A stretch of 64,000 bases of DNA from Eledone cirrhosa (taxonomy: Eukaryota): NCBI GenBank assembly GCA_964016885.1, contig OZ024740.1, forward strand, positions 357,554,001-357,618,000, in the 5' to 3' direction. The notes beneath the pieces are model-generated. The model made no database searches, had not been told where the DNA came from, and was given only the letters and a program-made list of their open reading frames with translations. This document shows positions 27,250-41,057 of the stretch, piece after piece. The translations under genes were made by a program, and so were the position numbers. How positions within the stretch are numbered: the first letter of the stretch is position 1; the number at the start of each line of letters is the position of its first letter.

Positions 27250-29220
27250 GAGATAAAGAAAAATCTTGACCTGGTTACAACATTCTCAAAGGATATAGGA
27301 ACGGTGTTTCGCCAAGATAAATGTTCATATATGACTGTAAAGCGGGGAAAAACTACAACCCAATCTAGCAACATTGTCATCAATGGCCTAACTGTTCCAC
27401 CGATATCTAACGAGGACTGCTACAGATACCTGGGGATAGATGAGAATATATCCTATAATGATATTTGTAATAAGGAATGCGTAACCAGGGAATATTACAC
27501 GGAACTCTGCGCACAATAAAAAAAAAGTGGCTCACAAGGTGTTTGCTGTGCCTGTACTGACACCAACGTTTGGAATGTTCTATTCGACGATAGACGAAAT
27601 CCGAGCAATTGATGTTAAAACTCGAAAAATTCTAAGCAACACCGGAAATCCACATCACCAGTGACATAGACCGCCTCTACTTGAAACATAAGCAGGGAGG
27701 CAAACGCCTAACATCAGTCCAGACAGCATTTGAGTGTCGCATCATATCCCTCCGACAACATTTACGAACCTCCAAGCGTAGGAGCCGATCGACTGAGCAA
27801 GTCTATCTGCATGAGACAGATAATATCATGAGAGTTTGGGAAGGAGCTCCTTGAAAGATACTCCCTGCATGATAATCACACCCAGGGAAGTGGCTCAGCA
27901 GTACCGCAGTGAATCCATGGATGAAATACTGCATGCTTATCAGCAAAAAATCATGCATGGATGTGTTGACAGGAAGCTCCAGAGTGAGAGTAATATAGAT
28001 AAGCGAAGTAGTCTATCTTGGACCAACAACCGCTATATTGGCTCCCACTTTGAAGGATACGCTCTTGCAATCCAAGAACAGGAAAACACAAAATACCTGA
28101 TTCACAAAAGATAGGGATGCAGGCAAAACACTTAGATGTGACAACAAGTGCAGACTCTACAGAATTAACATCGAAGATGTCACCCATGTCATAAGCAGCT
28201 GTCCAAAGATGTCATCACGGTACTATCTACCTATGAGGCATAATGTAGTGGCCAAAACACTGTACAATGCAATCCGTAGAAAAGATAGCCCCGACAATAA
28301 ACACATTATAAGCTACAGCAATGTGGAAGACATACATATACATAATATGAAAGAGTACTGGTGAAATGTTCCAGTAAAAGCCCTAATAAAATGCAGGCAT
28401 AACAGACCAGATATTATGATATGGGACAGGGAAAAGAAGGCATGCACAGTAGTGGAAGTTAGCTGCCCAGCAGATAACAATATAATATTAAAGATTAGCG
28501 AAAAGGAGAATATCTATGCAGAACTAATGATAAATCTACAGATATCTTCAGATTTATGCCTGTGATTACTGGGGTACTAGGATATGTTAGTAACTGCCTC
28601 AGTACAACAGTACAAATCTTGAGAAGCTGGGCTTCACAGAAACAGAAAGAACTCTACTAGTTAGGAAATTACAAGTACAATCCATTAATGGAAGAGTAAA
28701 AATATGTAAAACATTCCAAAATTTCTGCATCTAATAACGAAAAGGAGAATATTTATGCAGAACTAATGAGAAATCTGCAGATACTCCACCCTGATTATAC
28801 CTTCAGACTTATGCCTGTGATTATTGGGGCACTTGGATATGTTAGTACCTGCCTCAATACAAATCTTGAGAAGCTAGGCTTCACAGGAACAAAAAGAACA
28901 CAACTAGTTAGGAAATTACAAGTGCAATCCATTAATGGAACAGTAAAAATATGTAAACATTCCAAAATGTCTGCGTCTAATAACTGTATATACACATGTA
29001 CAGATACAAGGCATATACACATGCTCACATATAACTCAAAACATACACATCCACACATACAATAACATCCATACCTGCACACGCATGCATGCAGACTTGC
29101 ATACATGTCTACCTAGTTGATATTGTGTAAATTCCAATGAGAGAGTCTTGTGTCTATGTTAGAAACCGACTCTCTCTCTCTATTGGCAAAGATTTGTGAA
29201 ATTATAAAACCAGAAGAACA
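27250..29220 (+). mobile_element. 5'-truncated, degenerate Dong/R4-like LINE (RT C-terminus, CCHC knuckle, restriction-like endonuclease)
   Basis: YRYLGIDE, KCRL...EDVTHVISSC, RHNVVAK, HNRPDIMIWD, VEVSCP, PVIIGALG. Stops and frameshifts. Internal duplication 28498-28737 / 28740-28983. Confidence 0.8.
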
Positions 29221-29254
29221 TACATGCATGATGATGATGATGATGTTGATGATG

Positions 29255-30360
29255 ATAGCTGCAACTCGATTTCGAGTAATGCCATCTTTTGATACTTAAA
29301 CATGAGCATCACAGACGTGGCTTTTTAGTCCTGCTAGGGACTTACCTATGGCTAGCAATGCCATGCATCGCAAAAAATATCACATATCAAACGATACATA
29401 TTTTTTAAGTGAGGAAAGGCCTTGCACGAGGCCAATCCCACTATCTGAACATTAAGTGCATTTGCCCAAAAAGAAGAACTGGTCTACATCATTGGATGCA
29501 AACAAAGTCGCAGGTTTTATATCAGAGTGACTTTCTCATGGAGAGATTCCACAAAATAATAATAATAAATAAATAAAATTTTATTGGATGGCCGTTGACT
29601 CTGCTGAGTTCCTCCGCCTTTGACGGGTTTTGTTTTTCATCCCGCGGGGTGTCCAAAATCACCCTCCTCGGCAAGCAAGCTTGATGGAGTTGCCGGTTTA
29701 GTCGACGACGACCCGACCATGCACAGGTTGTACTGGGTTACATACATACATACATACATACATGATGGCTGCCCCCTCGTTATCGAGTATGGCCATTGCA
29801 TTAATAATAATTAATTAATTCTATCGTGTAATGCCTGTGCCTGAAGATATTTTTTAAAGTGACGAAAGACTGTGCACTGAGCCAATCCCACTCTCTGAGC
29901 GACAGTAGCTATAACCCGAAAAGAAGAAAATATCAACATCATCGGTAACTACTGAGCCGCAGGTTTTATATCGGAGTTATCCCAGTTTCCTGAGTTGCCT
30001 TCTCCTAGAAGAACGCCCTGAGAAAGGCTAGGGGTCCTTCACTCCCAGTGGTTTAACCGCACGATCGGGTGTCCAGCCTGACTATTTCTATGTCCCCGCG
30101 CATATACATACACATGCACCCATGTATATACACATGTACACAGACATGTACATGTGTATATACATATTTACAAACTTTTGGATGGCCTTATGAGTTCTTC
30201 CGCCCTTTGTCAGGTTTTATTTTTTGTCCTGCAGGGTGTCCAAAGTCACCCTCCTCACCAAGTAAACTTGGTGGGGTTGCCGGTTTAGTCACCGACGACC
30301 CGACAGTGCGACAGGTTGTACTGGGTTACATGTTACCAGTAGCACTCAAGAGTGACCCGA
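29255..30360 (-). mobile_element. Two older subfamily copies of family Z (29255-29740 and 29760-30360)
   Basis: Share CCAAAGTCACCCTCCTC, GGATGGCC and CAACATCAT blocks. 29760-30205 matches 51888-52330 inverted. Confidence 0.65.
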
Positions 30361-30440
30361 CATACATACATACATACATACATACATACATACATACATA
30401 CATACATACATACATACATACATACATACATACATACATA

Positions 30441-31031
30441 CATGGTGGCTGCCAGCTCGTTTTCGAGTACATCCACTACTTTATATCCATGTAGGAGAAC
30501 CCCCACCGATGCGCTGAACGAGTGTGACTTTTTAGTCCAGCCAGCGACTTGAAAACTCTGGTACAAACACTACACTTGGACAATTATTGACACATAGTGC
30601 TGGGCCCATGGTACCATGTAACGACAAGTGCAGAGAGATCTCCAGATACAAAGCAATGCCTGTGCCGTGAAGCTTTTATAGTGAGCAAAGGCACTGCACA
30701 AAGCCAGTCCCACTCTCTTAACCAAGATGATATTTACCAAAAAGAAGAACAAGTCAACATCATTGGATACCATCAGGGTTGCAGGTGTTATATCAGAGTT
30801 TACCTTCTCCTAGAATTCTGCCTTGACAAAGGCTAAGGGGTCATCTCCCCGGTGATTTTGGATGGCCATTGACTCTTAAGAGCTTTGACAGGTTTTGTTT
30901 TTTGTCCTGCAGAATGTCCAAAGTCACCCTCCTCACCAAGAAACCTTGGTGGGGTTGCCAATTTAGTCGCCAACCATGAGACAGGTTGTACTGGGATACA
31001 TGTTACCAGTAGCACCAACTGGTGACCTGAC
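30441..31031 (-). mobile_element. Full-length family Z element (about 590 bp) within (TACA)n
   Basis: Reverse complement of 50891-51498, with (TACA)n on both sides. Confidence 0.8.
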
Positions 31032-31399
31032 ATACATACATACATACATACATACATACATACATACATACATACATACATACATACATACATACATACA
31101 TACATAAGAGAAGGAGAGTTTTGCATTCTTAATATGATGAAAAATATATATGGGGCCCAAAAATATCAATCAACACAGACTATCCTCGCAATTTTAAAAT
31201 TCAAATTCCCTTTCGGGATATTGAGAACCTGAAAAGTAGGCATAAAACTCCTTTAGTTGGAATTGATCCAAATTTTGGGAACCTTTTTAGGAAATGCTGC
31301 AAAAATAGACCTTGTCTATATACCAATGTAGTCAGAACAACGGACATGTTTCAATCGTATTGGATATCCTCAACAAAGCCAACTGTACAAAATTATCGA

Positions 31400-31491
<92 letters not shown>

Positions 31492-31538
31492 TATTCAAAA
31501 TATTAATAAATGAAAAATATTCTCATAATCAAAATATA

Positions 31539-31601
31539 TATTTTATTATACATATTTTAAAGGTACAATGGTGTTTAAGTACGTTTTCATCAGACAAAAT
31601 A
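31539..31601 (-). ncRNA. Degenerate hammerhead related to family B
   Basis: UAUUUUGU-CUGAUGA-AAACGUAC...GUACCUU-AAAA-UAUGUA-UA/AUAAAAUA. GAAA is mutated to AAAA. Confidence 0.55.
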
Positions 31602-31974
31602 TAAGATTTGATATGCGACATACCGCTACGGTTTTGATTATTCAATTTCAATAGTGACAGTGATTTATTTCACCAACTCTCAACGTTTTTATGCCACAAA
31701 TAATATGATAAACTTAGAGAAGAAGAGGACGTAGAGCAAGGTAGAAATATAGAAGGGGGATGCAAAGAAAAGGAAAAGGCGAGAAATAAACCAATAAATA
31801 AATAAATAAATAAATAAATAAAAGAAAAAAGAGGTAAGAGAAAAAAGGAGGCGGGGGGAAAAACAAAAATATTAAATACTCCAGGAAAATGTTACTGTTG
31901 AGTGCTTCTAATCTATTGTAAAATTGTATTCGTTGAATAATCAACGAACCATATTAATCTTTGGTCATATATAT

Positions 31975-32226
31975 TTCGTTTCTGAAGTTGTTTAGCAAGA
32001 TTCTTTATCTGAAAATGTGTGTTGAAACCGATATTGTTATACTTTGGGAGGGCCATGTTGCCAATAAGAAGCACACGCACTAGTTGCTTTCACTCCAATT
32101 TATTATAAATTTTAAAAAAAATTTTGAAAAGATTTTTTTTTTTTAATTTATAATAAATCGGAGTGAAAACAACTGGTGTGTGTGTTTCTTATTGTCAACA
32201 TGACCCTCCCAAAGTATAACAATATA
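31975..32226 (-). mobile_element. Short palindromic insertion of family E (arms 32031-32111 and 32145-32226, tail 31975-32030)
   Basis: Homologous to 38725-38870. Truncated before the ribozyme. Confidence 0.85.
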
Positions 32227-32533
32227 TATATATATATTACAATAGTGTCTTCGGCGAACAGCTTGAGGTGCGATCTGTTTGTGGATCGAACCTGACTCTG
32301 GATTCGCCGGAGAAATAATTGTAATACTTAATAAATTTTGTTCCGATGCATCACCGATTCTTCGTTTTCCATATTATTATACTCTGCTCCGTAGGAGCAT
32401 AGAGTGCTCAACTGGCATACCGCCTATGGACGCATCCAAGCAACCTTACTACAATATATATATATATATATATATATATACATTTATTAAAATAACAGAT
32501 TAAAGTTTAAGCAAAGAATCGCTGCTTTCACCC

Positions 32534-32778
<245 letters not shown>

Positions 32779-32877
32779 ATATATATATATATATATACTG
32801 TTTATATATATATATAATGGAAAACTTTGAACAGGGACAAAACAGAGAGGCAGTACAACGAATGTTTATTAATTTCA

Positions 32878-32945
<68 letters not shown>

Positions 32946-32951
<6 letters not shown>

Positions 32952-33836
32952 AAAATAACAGATTAAAGTTTAAGCAAAGAATCGCTGCTTTCACCCTTAA
33001 CGGGATCTTCTAAAACTAACAAAGTCGATCTGTGAACACAGAAGTGAATATTTCAAAAAACGTTGCAACCGGAGGAAGACAGGAATACGAAACTTTGGTT
33101 CGTGGAAACGTTCCCTGGCAAAGAACGGGAATAAACGAATATAATACATCATTATTTGGAGCGGTTAACTTTGCCTTTCATCCTTACGGGGTCGGTAAAA
33201 TAAAGTACCAGTAATGTACTGGGTAATTTGCTGGCCTTGTGCCTAAAATAGAAACAATTATTTGGAGCGGTGAAAAACAATTACACGCAAAGACAGAACC
33301 ACGTTTATGGTATAAAAGAAGTCGTAGACTAATATTCTATGCCACAGACCACATCTTAAACAAAAAATCTGAGGCAATTTCGGCTTGTAAACATAAATTG
33401 CACAAAACTTTCCTGTATTACAGCCCCACATTATACCCTAACGGATAGTGCGATCTATACGCGGATATTTTACGTCTTGATGTGGTAGCTAAGTATATGT
33501 TATGTTTATACCATTACTTATTTGCATAGGTAAGTATATATTACCTGTATGTTTTGTTAAGGTACGTATACTTTCTCGTACGTATATTTGATTGTATATG
33601 TTATGGCGTATATTTTTATATATTCTGGTACATATGCTTTTGGTTATGTGTATACGTGAGTTTTGCGTCTGTGTGAGTATGCGGGTTCGTACGTATGTAG
33701 GGTGTGTGTATATGTGTACTTCGTGTTTTGGTTGACGTACGTCTCCGAACATATGTGTATTTACATGTAGGTATGTGTGTGCGCTTGTTATATACGTATT
33801 TATTTATTTATTTATATACCTTTATTTAATTATTTG

Positions 33837-33885
<49 letters not shown>

Positions 33886-34624
33886 TTATATGTGCGTGTA
33901 TTTGTATACCTATGGCGAGTGTTTTCGCGTATGCTTGTGTATGTACGTATATGGTTGCGTGTATGTATTTATTTAATTTCTGTTACCTCTGTATTTTATT
34001 TACTTTATTCTTAACTCTGAAGCCGAGAATCATTCAGTTTCCTAGTTAGAATTTTAGTTTACGATTTCAGTTATACCATTTACGTGGTTTTGTCTTTGCG
34101 TGCAATTGTTCTCCACGCTCCACATATGACGTATTATCTTCGGTTTTTCCGTTCATTGCTAGAGAACGTCTCTATGAACCACCTAAGAGAATATTAGTCT
34201 ACGACTTCTTTTATACCATAAACGTAGTTCTATCTTTGCGTGTAATTGTTTTTCACCGCTCCAAATAATTGTTTCTACTTTTGGCACAAGGCCAGCAATT
34301 ACCCAATACATTACTGGTACTCCAAATAATGACGTATTATATTCGTTTTTTCCCGTTCTTTGCCAGGGAACATTTCCACGAACCAAATTATCGTCTTCCT
34401 GTCTTCCTCCGGTTGCAACGTTTTTTGAAATATTCACTTCTGCGTTCACAGATTGACTTTGTTAGTTTCAGAAGATCCCGTTAACGGTGAAAGCAACGAT
34501 TCTTTGCTTAAACTTTAATCTGTTATTTTAATAAATATTTGCTCTACGGTTCTTATATATTTGATATATATTTATCCTTATCGAGCCCTCTTTGGATTTT
34601 AGTTTTCAAATCTTTATTATTACT
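32946..34624 (+). mobile_element. PLE-type inverted-repeat insertion, family M (arms about 32946-33338 and 34186-34535)
   Basis: Long inverted repeat, a hammerhead-like motif in each arm, tail to 34624, (TA)n flanks. Confidence 0.8.
34464..34514 (+). ncRNA. Hammerhead-like motif, family M (core CAGAAGA); antisense-arm copy at 32967-33017
   Basis: AGUUU-CAGAAGA-U-CCCGUUAACGG-U-GAA-AGCAA-CGAUUCU-UUGCU-U/AAACU. Stems I, II and III all pair. Confidence 0.65.
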
Positions 34625-34660
34625 ATATATATCTATATATATATATATATTTAAGTAAGA

Positions 34661-34960
34661 TTTAAAGTAAGATTTAATACCCACAAACACAGTTTTAAAA
34701 ATGCCGCATTAGCTAATACAACATCTTTAGCTGAAATAATTAATAATTATAGAAAGAGGAATATAGATTATGACCTGACCTGGAGTGTGCTCAAAAGGGC
34801 CACCCCTTATCAAAATAATAGATATGAATGTAGATTATGTTCCCAGGAACGTTTTGAAATAATGAAATCTAAGGATATCCTATTAAATAAGCGACAGGAA
34901 TTAATTATATCGTGTAATCATAAACTGAGAAAAACATTTAAATATTATAAACCTAATTAA
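34661..34960 (+). pseudogene. GIY-YIG C-terminal fragment of a second Hydra-type PLE; 3' region continues to about 36260
   Basis: FKVRFNTHKHSFKN...TSLAEII...LTWSVL...CRLCSQERFEI...LLNKRQELIISCNH...YYKPN* aligns with the C-terminus of the 41058 ORF. Missed by the ORF track. Confidence 0.85.
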
Positions 34961-35484
34961 TATACACTTTAGAAATTATTATAATAACACTTTTTTAAAA
35001 TTAGTTAACCTATAATTAATATTCTACTACTAATGAACTACATAATTTTATTTCCCTTTTACAACTATCTTTTCCTAAAATGTATACCATTAGTATACAT
35101 ATAAACTATTTTAATTTCAGGTTATGATTTTATATTCCTTGTAATCTATATATATTTGTTATATCTCACTAACAAATTTACCCCCCCCCCCCCCAATAAT
35201 AATAATTTTATTATTTTTTTATTTTCCCTTCGTTTTTAACAGCACTCTTCAATTACATATAACTCTTATTTATCATATCTATATGCATTAATATAATTTT
35301 ATCAATATAAATATACCTATCAATTTTATTAATTTATTTTCTTTTTATAGATGTAAATTCCCTATATTTTAAATAAGTTTGATATTTTTCACTAACACCT
35401 TTATCGTAAAATTTTAGTCTCCTTAGATATTTACATTTGCATTATTCTTTTATAACAGCAATTTTCGTGTACTTTTTACCGACC

Positions 35485-35956
35485 TGACCTATTTTCATTC
35501 CTAAAATAATCTTTTCATTCATCATACTCTTTCCATTCAAAACTGAAATCTGCCTTCTTCTACCCCTAAATTAAAGTTCTATTACTATTACTTTACCATT
35601 TTAACCAGTTACTACCTTTCTATTGGTCAATTCAAAACCTGTTCCCAAACAGACCTATTATATTTAATCTTTGTTGGTTCTTTTCAATAAACAAATATAA
35701 TTATTTCTGAAAACAGCATATGACCTATTTTCATCCCTAAAATAATCTTTCATTCATTATACTCTTTCCATCCAAAACTGAAATCTACCTTCCTCTACCC
35801 CTAAATTAAAGTTCTATTACTACTATTTTATCACCTTGACCTTTACTACCTTTCTATTGGTCAATTCAAAACCTGTTCCCAAACAGACCTATTATATTAA
35901 ATCCTTGTTGGTTTTTTTCAATAAACAAATATCATTATTTCTGAAGACAGCATATA
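35485..35956. repeat. Tandem duplication, two 236-bp units
   Basis: Units start TGACCTATTTTCAT at 35485 and 35721. Confidence 0.9.
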
Positions 35957-36474
35957 TATGTGTAGGTATGTATATTCCCTCTGATAGTTTGTAAAAATTT
36001 ACATAGATCTATATGATATACATACCAACACTAACATATATATCCTAGAAACGATCGTAAAATGATGAATTTTTTAATATAAGGAATTGTTTCTTGGTTT
36101 TATTCATTATTTTTTTAATTTATCTTGACTCTGTTTTCCTGTATTTTTCATCGAAAAAAAATTTTTGAATACATCTTCTCTTTTCATGATATTCGGATTA
36201 CATTGAGTTCTTCATACGGATTGGACACTACCGTATATTTTGGTAGATTTATCTACATATATATTATTAATATATATATATATATAACCCCGGCATTCGG
36301 GGTCCTGGTTATTTGCGGAATTTTTATTAGAACCTAACTAATAATTGTTCCTGGAAACGACCGCATATTCGCGGAATCGTAATTATCTTTTTCGTGGCAA
36401 TATATATTTTTAACGTTAAATTATTGATAACAATATACCGTATTTGCTGACCAATTGGACGCCCCTTCGCATAT

Positions 36475-36542
36475 TTTGACCTTATATTTGACCTTATATT
36501 TGACCTTATATTTTGACCTTATATTTGACCTTATATTTTGAC
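36475..36542. repeat. 12-13 bp minisatellite TTTGACCTTATA, about five copies
   Basis: Direct reading of the sequence. Confidence 0.9.
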
Positions 36543-36612
36543 GTTTATAGGCATTTTATGGACCACGTCCAATATTTGCGGTTTTTCACTCTTCGCGAAT
36601 ACCGGGAGACTG

Positions 36613-36819
<207 letters not shown>

Positions 36820-37098
36820 TAATTACCACATCCAGTCCCACTTCATTGTCTAAATGAATATCTGAAACCCCAGATGGGAGTTTTGACATTGGAGTTGCGA
36901 GGATAGACTCACTAGATTGAAGTTCTTCAGTTTGACGTGACTTATGTTACGTATTGTGTTACTCGCGAAACACTAGTTACAGAATCTAATCTCATCACTA
37001 AAATAATTACTATCTTCTGTAATGTTTCCACTTATTTATAAACTCAAACATAGACACACGCACACACACACACACACACACACATACATATGTGTATG

Positions 37099-37134
<36 letters not shown>

Positions 37135-37136
37135 TC

Positions 37137-37680
37137 TGAGTGAGTTTCTTGGTCAGTGTCCAAGTCTCAGACCCATACAGCAGCACAGACTCCACTACAG
37201 CAATGAAGAGGCGGACTTTCAGGTCTCTACGAAGGTCCGACTTCCACACCGATCTCAAGCTGTGGCACGCCGCCCAGGCCTTGCTCTTCTTCTCAACCAC
37301 ATCATCTTCCGTATTCCCAGATGGTGGATGGGTGCTACACGAGAATGCTGAGGATGGCTCTGAACATTAATCAGTATACACTGAGGATGAAAAACTCAGA
37401 GCTGTATGGGAGCATCCCAAAAGTCAGCTCAAAAGTGACACAGAGGAGACTGAGGTTAGCTGGACATGCTCACCGACATCTAGAGTTGACATTGCACTCA
37501 ATGCTCCTTTGGGAGCCCCTACATGGACACACTAGAAGAGGAAGACCAAGGTTAACGTATGTTGATGCCCTAAGGACAGACACTGGTCTGTTGGAGACGC
37601 AGGACATGGCAGCGATGATGAGTGACAGAGACCGCTGGAGAGAACTCGTCCATGGATCTCGGGAATTTTATCCGCCTTAG
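37137..37680 (+). mobile_element. RTE-X-like LINE 3' end with an inverted 5' segment
   Basis: Minus 37137-37310 gives VESVLLYGSETWTLTKKLTQ. Plus 37318-37680 gives QMVDGCYTRMLR...RRLRLAGH...RGRPRLTY. Confidence 0.85.
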
Positions 37681-37692
37681 ATAGATAGATAG

Positions 37693-37810
<118 letters not shown>

Positions 37811-37866
37811 ATATATAGATATACATATATAATATAAGATCAAAGGATGGTAAAAAGAGTTCCATG

Positions 37867-37937
37867 TATTTTATTATGCGCATTTCAAAAACAAATATCA
37901 TCATTCGATGACATTTGCATTTTCGTCAGATAAAATA
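37867..37937 (-). ncRNA. Type I hammerhead ribozyme, family R
   Basis: UAUUUUAU-CUGACGA-AAAUGCAAAUGUCAUC-GAAU-GAUGAUAUUUGUUUUU-GAA-AUGCGCAU-A/AUAAAAUA. Perfect 8-bp stem I and a long stem II. Confidence 0.85.
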
Positions 37938-38065
37938 GGGAGACATGATATGAAGGTTAAAAAACACTTGTGAATAGTGCAGTTTTAAATCAACATATCA
38001 TATTGTACTACAATAAAACTCACCTCCTACATATATACATATATATATATATATACTCACACATA

Positions 38066-38108
<43 letters not shown>

Positions 38109-38129
38109 ATATATGTATATATATATACA

Positions 38130-38173
38130 TGATGACTTCCTTCGAATGAAACAGTTCTAGACCTGTAGAAGCC
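38130..38173 (+). ncRNA. 5'-truncated hammerhead, family F (insertion 38130-38252)
   Basis: UGAUGA-C-UUC-CUUC-GAA-U-GAA-ACAG-UUCUAGAC-CUGU-A/GAAGCC. The 5' strand of stem I (GGCUUC) is present in the 47965-48014 copy. Confidence 0.65.
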
Positions 38174-38250
38174 ATTTCTATATTGAATATTTATACTCTG
38201 CTATGTATTGAGTACCTTACTTACTGTGGTAACCCTTGATTGAACTCGGG

Positions 38251-38342
<92 letters not shown>

Positions 38343-38489
38343 ATACTTTGGGAGGGTAATGTTGCCAATAAGAAACACACGCACCAGTTGCTTTCACTTC
38401 AATTTATTATAATAAATTTATTATAAATTTATAAATTTATAAATTTCTGATTGGTTGGTTGGTTCCACAACCAGATAGTTGTTTATACA

Positions 38490-38536
38490 TAGTCATAGTT
38501 CTTTCGTCACACACTCTGTGACCTCTTCAGTGACTG
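38490..38536 (-). ncRNA. Type I hammerhead ribozyme, family E (inverted arm)
   Basis: Reverse complement of 38615-38661 with one substitution. Confidence 0.75.
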
Positions 38537-38614
38537 GGGATTCCTTTCTTTGTTTCTGTGCCTCTCCTTTGTTTCTGTGCCAAGGAGAGGCACAGAAACA
38601 AAGAAAGGAATCCC

Positions 38615-38661
38615 TAGTCACTGAAGAGGTCACAGAGTGTGTGACGAAAGAACTATGACTA
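38615..38661 (+). ncRNA. Type I hammerhead ribozyme, family E
   Basis: UAGUCA-CUGAAGA-G-GUCACA-GAGUG-UGUGAC-GAA-AG-AA-CU-A/UGACUA. Stems I and II are 6 bp each. Confidence 0.85.
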
Positions 38662-38919
38662 TGTATAAACAACTATCTGGTTGTGGAACCAACCAACCAA
38701 CCAGAAATTTATAAATTTATAAATTTATAATAAATTTATTATAATAAATTGAAGTGAAAGCAACTGGTGCGTGTGTTTCTTATTGGCAACATGACCCTCC
38801 CAAAGTATAACAATATCGGTTTCAACACACGATTTCAGATAAAGAATCTTGCTAAACAAATTCAGAAACGATATATATATATATATATATATATTATATA
38901 CATATATATACATATATAA

Positions 38920-38979
<60 letters not shown>

Positions 38980-39126
38980 ATTAGAATACTGGAGCGTGTT
39001 TGAGTCAAACACCCTCTTCGTATTATAGAAATGACAGTAAAAGGTATAGCTCAATGCAGTTAAACAGAGCCAAAAAATTAAGAGAGTAAAACAAAGAATC
39101 CTTTAATACATCAAAAGTTTTTATTA

Positions 39127-39164
39127 GCCGACAATGTTTCGTCCTATTAAGGACTCATCAGGGC
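39127..39164 (-). ncRNA. Minimal type I hammerhead ribozyme in the PLE 3' repeat
   Basis: GCC-CUGAUGA-GUCC-UUAAUA-GGAC-GAAAC-AUU-GUC/GGC. Confidence 0.92.
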
Positions 39165-41057
39165 AATCAAAACAACAAGAGGTAATATCGGCAGATACAA
39201 GCCAGAAACTCTGAAGAATATGGAGTGTACATACACTAATGTCTTACAAAGATATACGATAATAAAAATGAAAATAAAGATAAAAATAATAAAAATATAT
39301 AATAACTAAGGATGTAGATAACATTAAGAACCATATTACAAATATAGTCCAAAGCCACCAACCTAAATCTAAACAAAATTGGTTATATAGAGCAGGAATT
39401 ATATATAACACAATATAGTACATTATAATAATAATATATTTATACCAACATTAAAATTCCAAATTAAAAATCAAAAGGTACAATATATACATGTATATAT
39501 GTGCGCGCGCACACACACACACACACATATAACAATACACATATCTATGTTCTATTACACAGAAATTAAGCCCTATTAGAAGTTTGAATATTAAAAATAA
39601 GCATGGTAATAGTGAAAATAATACTAATACATCTACCCAATATACATGAGGCAATAATATGATATAATTACAAGAAACATATATAACAAATAATAAACAA
39701 CAAAATTATATAATTCAATACAATATAATAAAGTAGAATAGATAATCCCCGGTTAATTTACAGAAACAATATAGATGTCACAATGAAATACAATGATAAA
39801 ATGTTAACATTATATTAACAAGTACCATAAACAATATATACAAATTGATTCATACTGGGTTACATAATAAATGAGGAAATATAAATCATATAATACTCAA
39901 AAAAACTATAATGGTACAGGGAAAAATTGTGATGTTACAGAAAAAATATGATGTTACAGAAAAAAATATACAGACATCCAACATGATATGTAAATATCAT
40001 AATGTTACATATTACAATATTAAAAAAATCCAGACATCTTACATGATATATAAAGTTTAAATATCATAATGTTATATATAATGAACGGTAAGTAATAAGG
40101 ATCTATATCATAATATAATATATTTTAAAATTGGCATAAAATATATAAATACTTATAATTACAAGGTTAGTAGACAGACATGTGTGGATGAGTAAGCGAA
40201 GCCAGACAGTGAATAGTAAATAGAATATAGAATAAAACAAATAAATACAATCAACCGGAAATTACAAAACAAAAGCAAATGTATACACATTTAGGCCTCG
40301 CGTGCATTAAGAAATTAGGTAAACACCAAGGAAAGCGATCATTTTAAATGACTCCAAACCCTATCTGATAAATTAATATTAAAAATATCGAACCCGTCCA
40401 ATAAGGTAGTATAATATTAGCTGTAGTTTAAGTCATTAAAGTATATAAACTTTAATGTATCATTACAAATGTTTACAAAAAGGAATAAAATTACACTATC
40501 ATATACGCAACGATATCTAAAAAACTGACTTAAGTAGAGTTAAGGTAGGCTAATGGGGACAGAATTGACAAAATATATGGAGGGTGCGAAGTGGCATAAA
40601 ATATATTCGATATACTATAATAAATAATAGAACGGAGCATAAAAGAGGGGGGGTTAAATATAATCATATACAATCTGGAGGGGTTGACAATAAGTTTATG
40701 TGTGCATGGGGGGTGGAAGGGGGAGGGGGATAAAGGGGGGGGGTTGTCGATAGATAAATCAGAATAGACTTAGAAATAAAAATAGAATTAAAAATAAAAA
40801 TACAAATAATATTAAAATTAAAGTTAATAATAATTTAAAAAAATAAAAAAATATAAAGATAATAATAGAATAACGTAAGTGGCGTAAAGTGTGTAATCTT
40901 ATGTATACTAACAAGGTGTAATAGTGAAGACATAGATATGGTACAGTGGCCAAATGATTATGAGAGCTAGAATGAAGAGTCATCAAAAACCAATGATAAC
41001 ATTAATGTTGGCAAACAAAAGAACCCAAACAAAAAACTAAGTAATGGAATATATCTG

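Larger units (their letters stand above)
38335..38870 (+). mobile_element. PLE-type palindromic insertion, family E (arms 38335-38570 and 38582-38816, tail 38817-38870)
   Basis: About 235-bp near-perfect inverted repeat within (TA)n. Confidence 0.85.

Noticed and set aside
36330-36390. GAA-ACGA-CCGC...GCGG-AA-TCGT-A stem III-like hairpin
   Set aside because: No 5' core found, so it was not counted as a ribozyme.
40705-40745. G-quadruplex regulatory element
   Set aside because: It is the complement of a C-run in the PLE 3' region, with no evidence of separate function.
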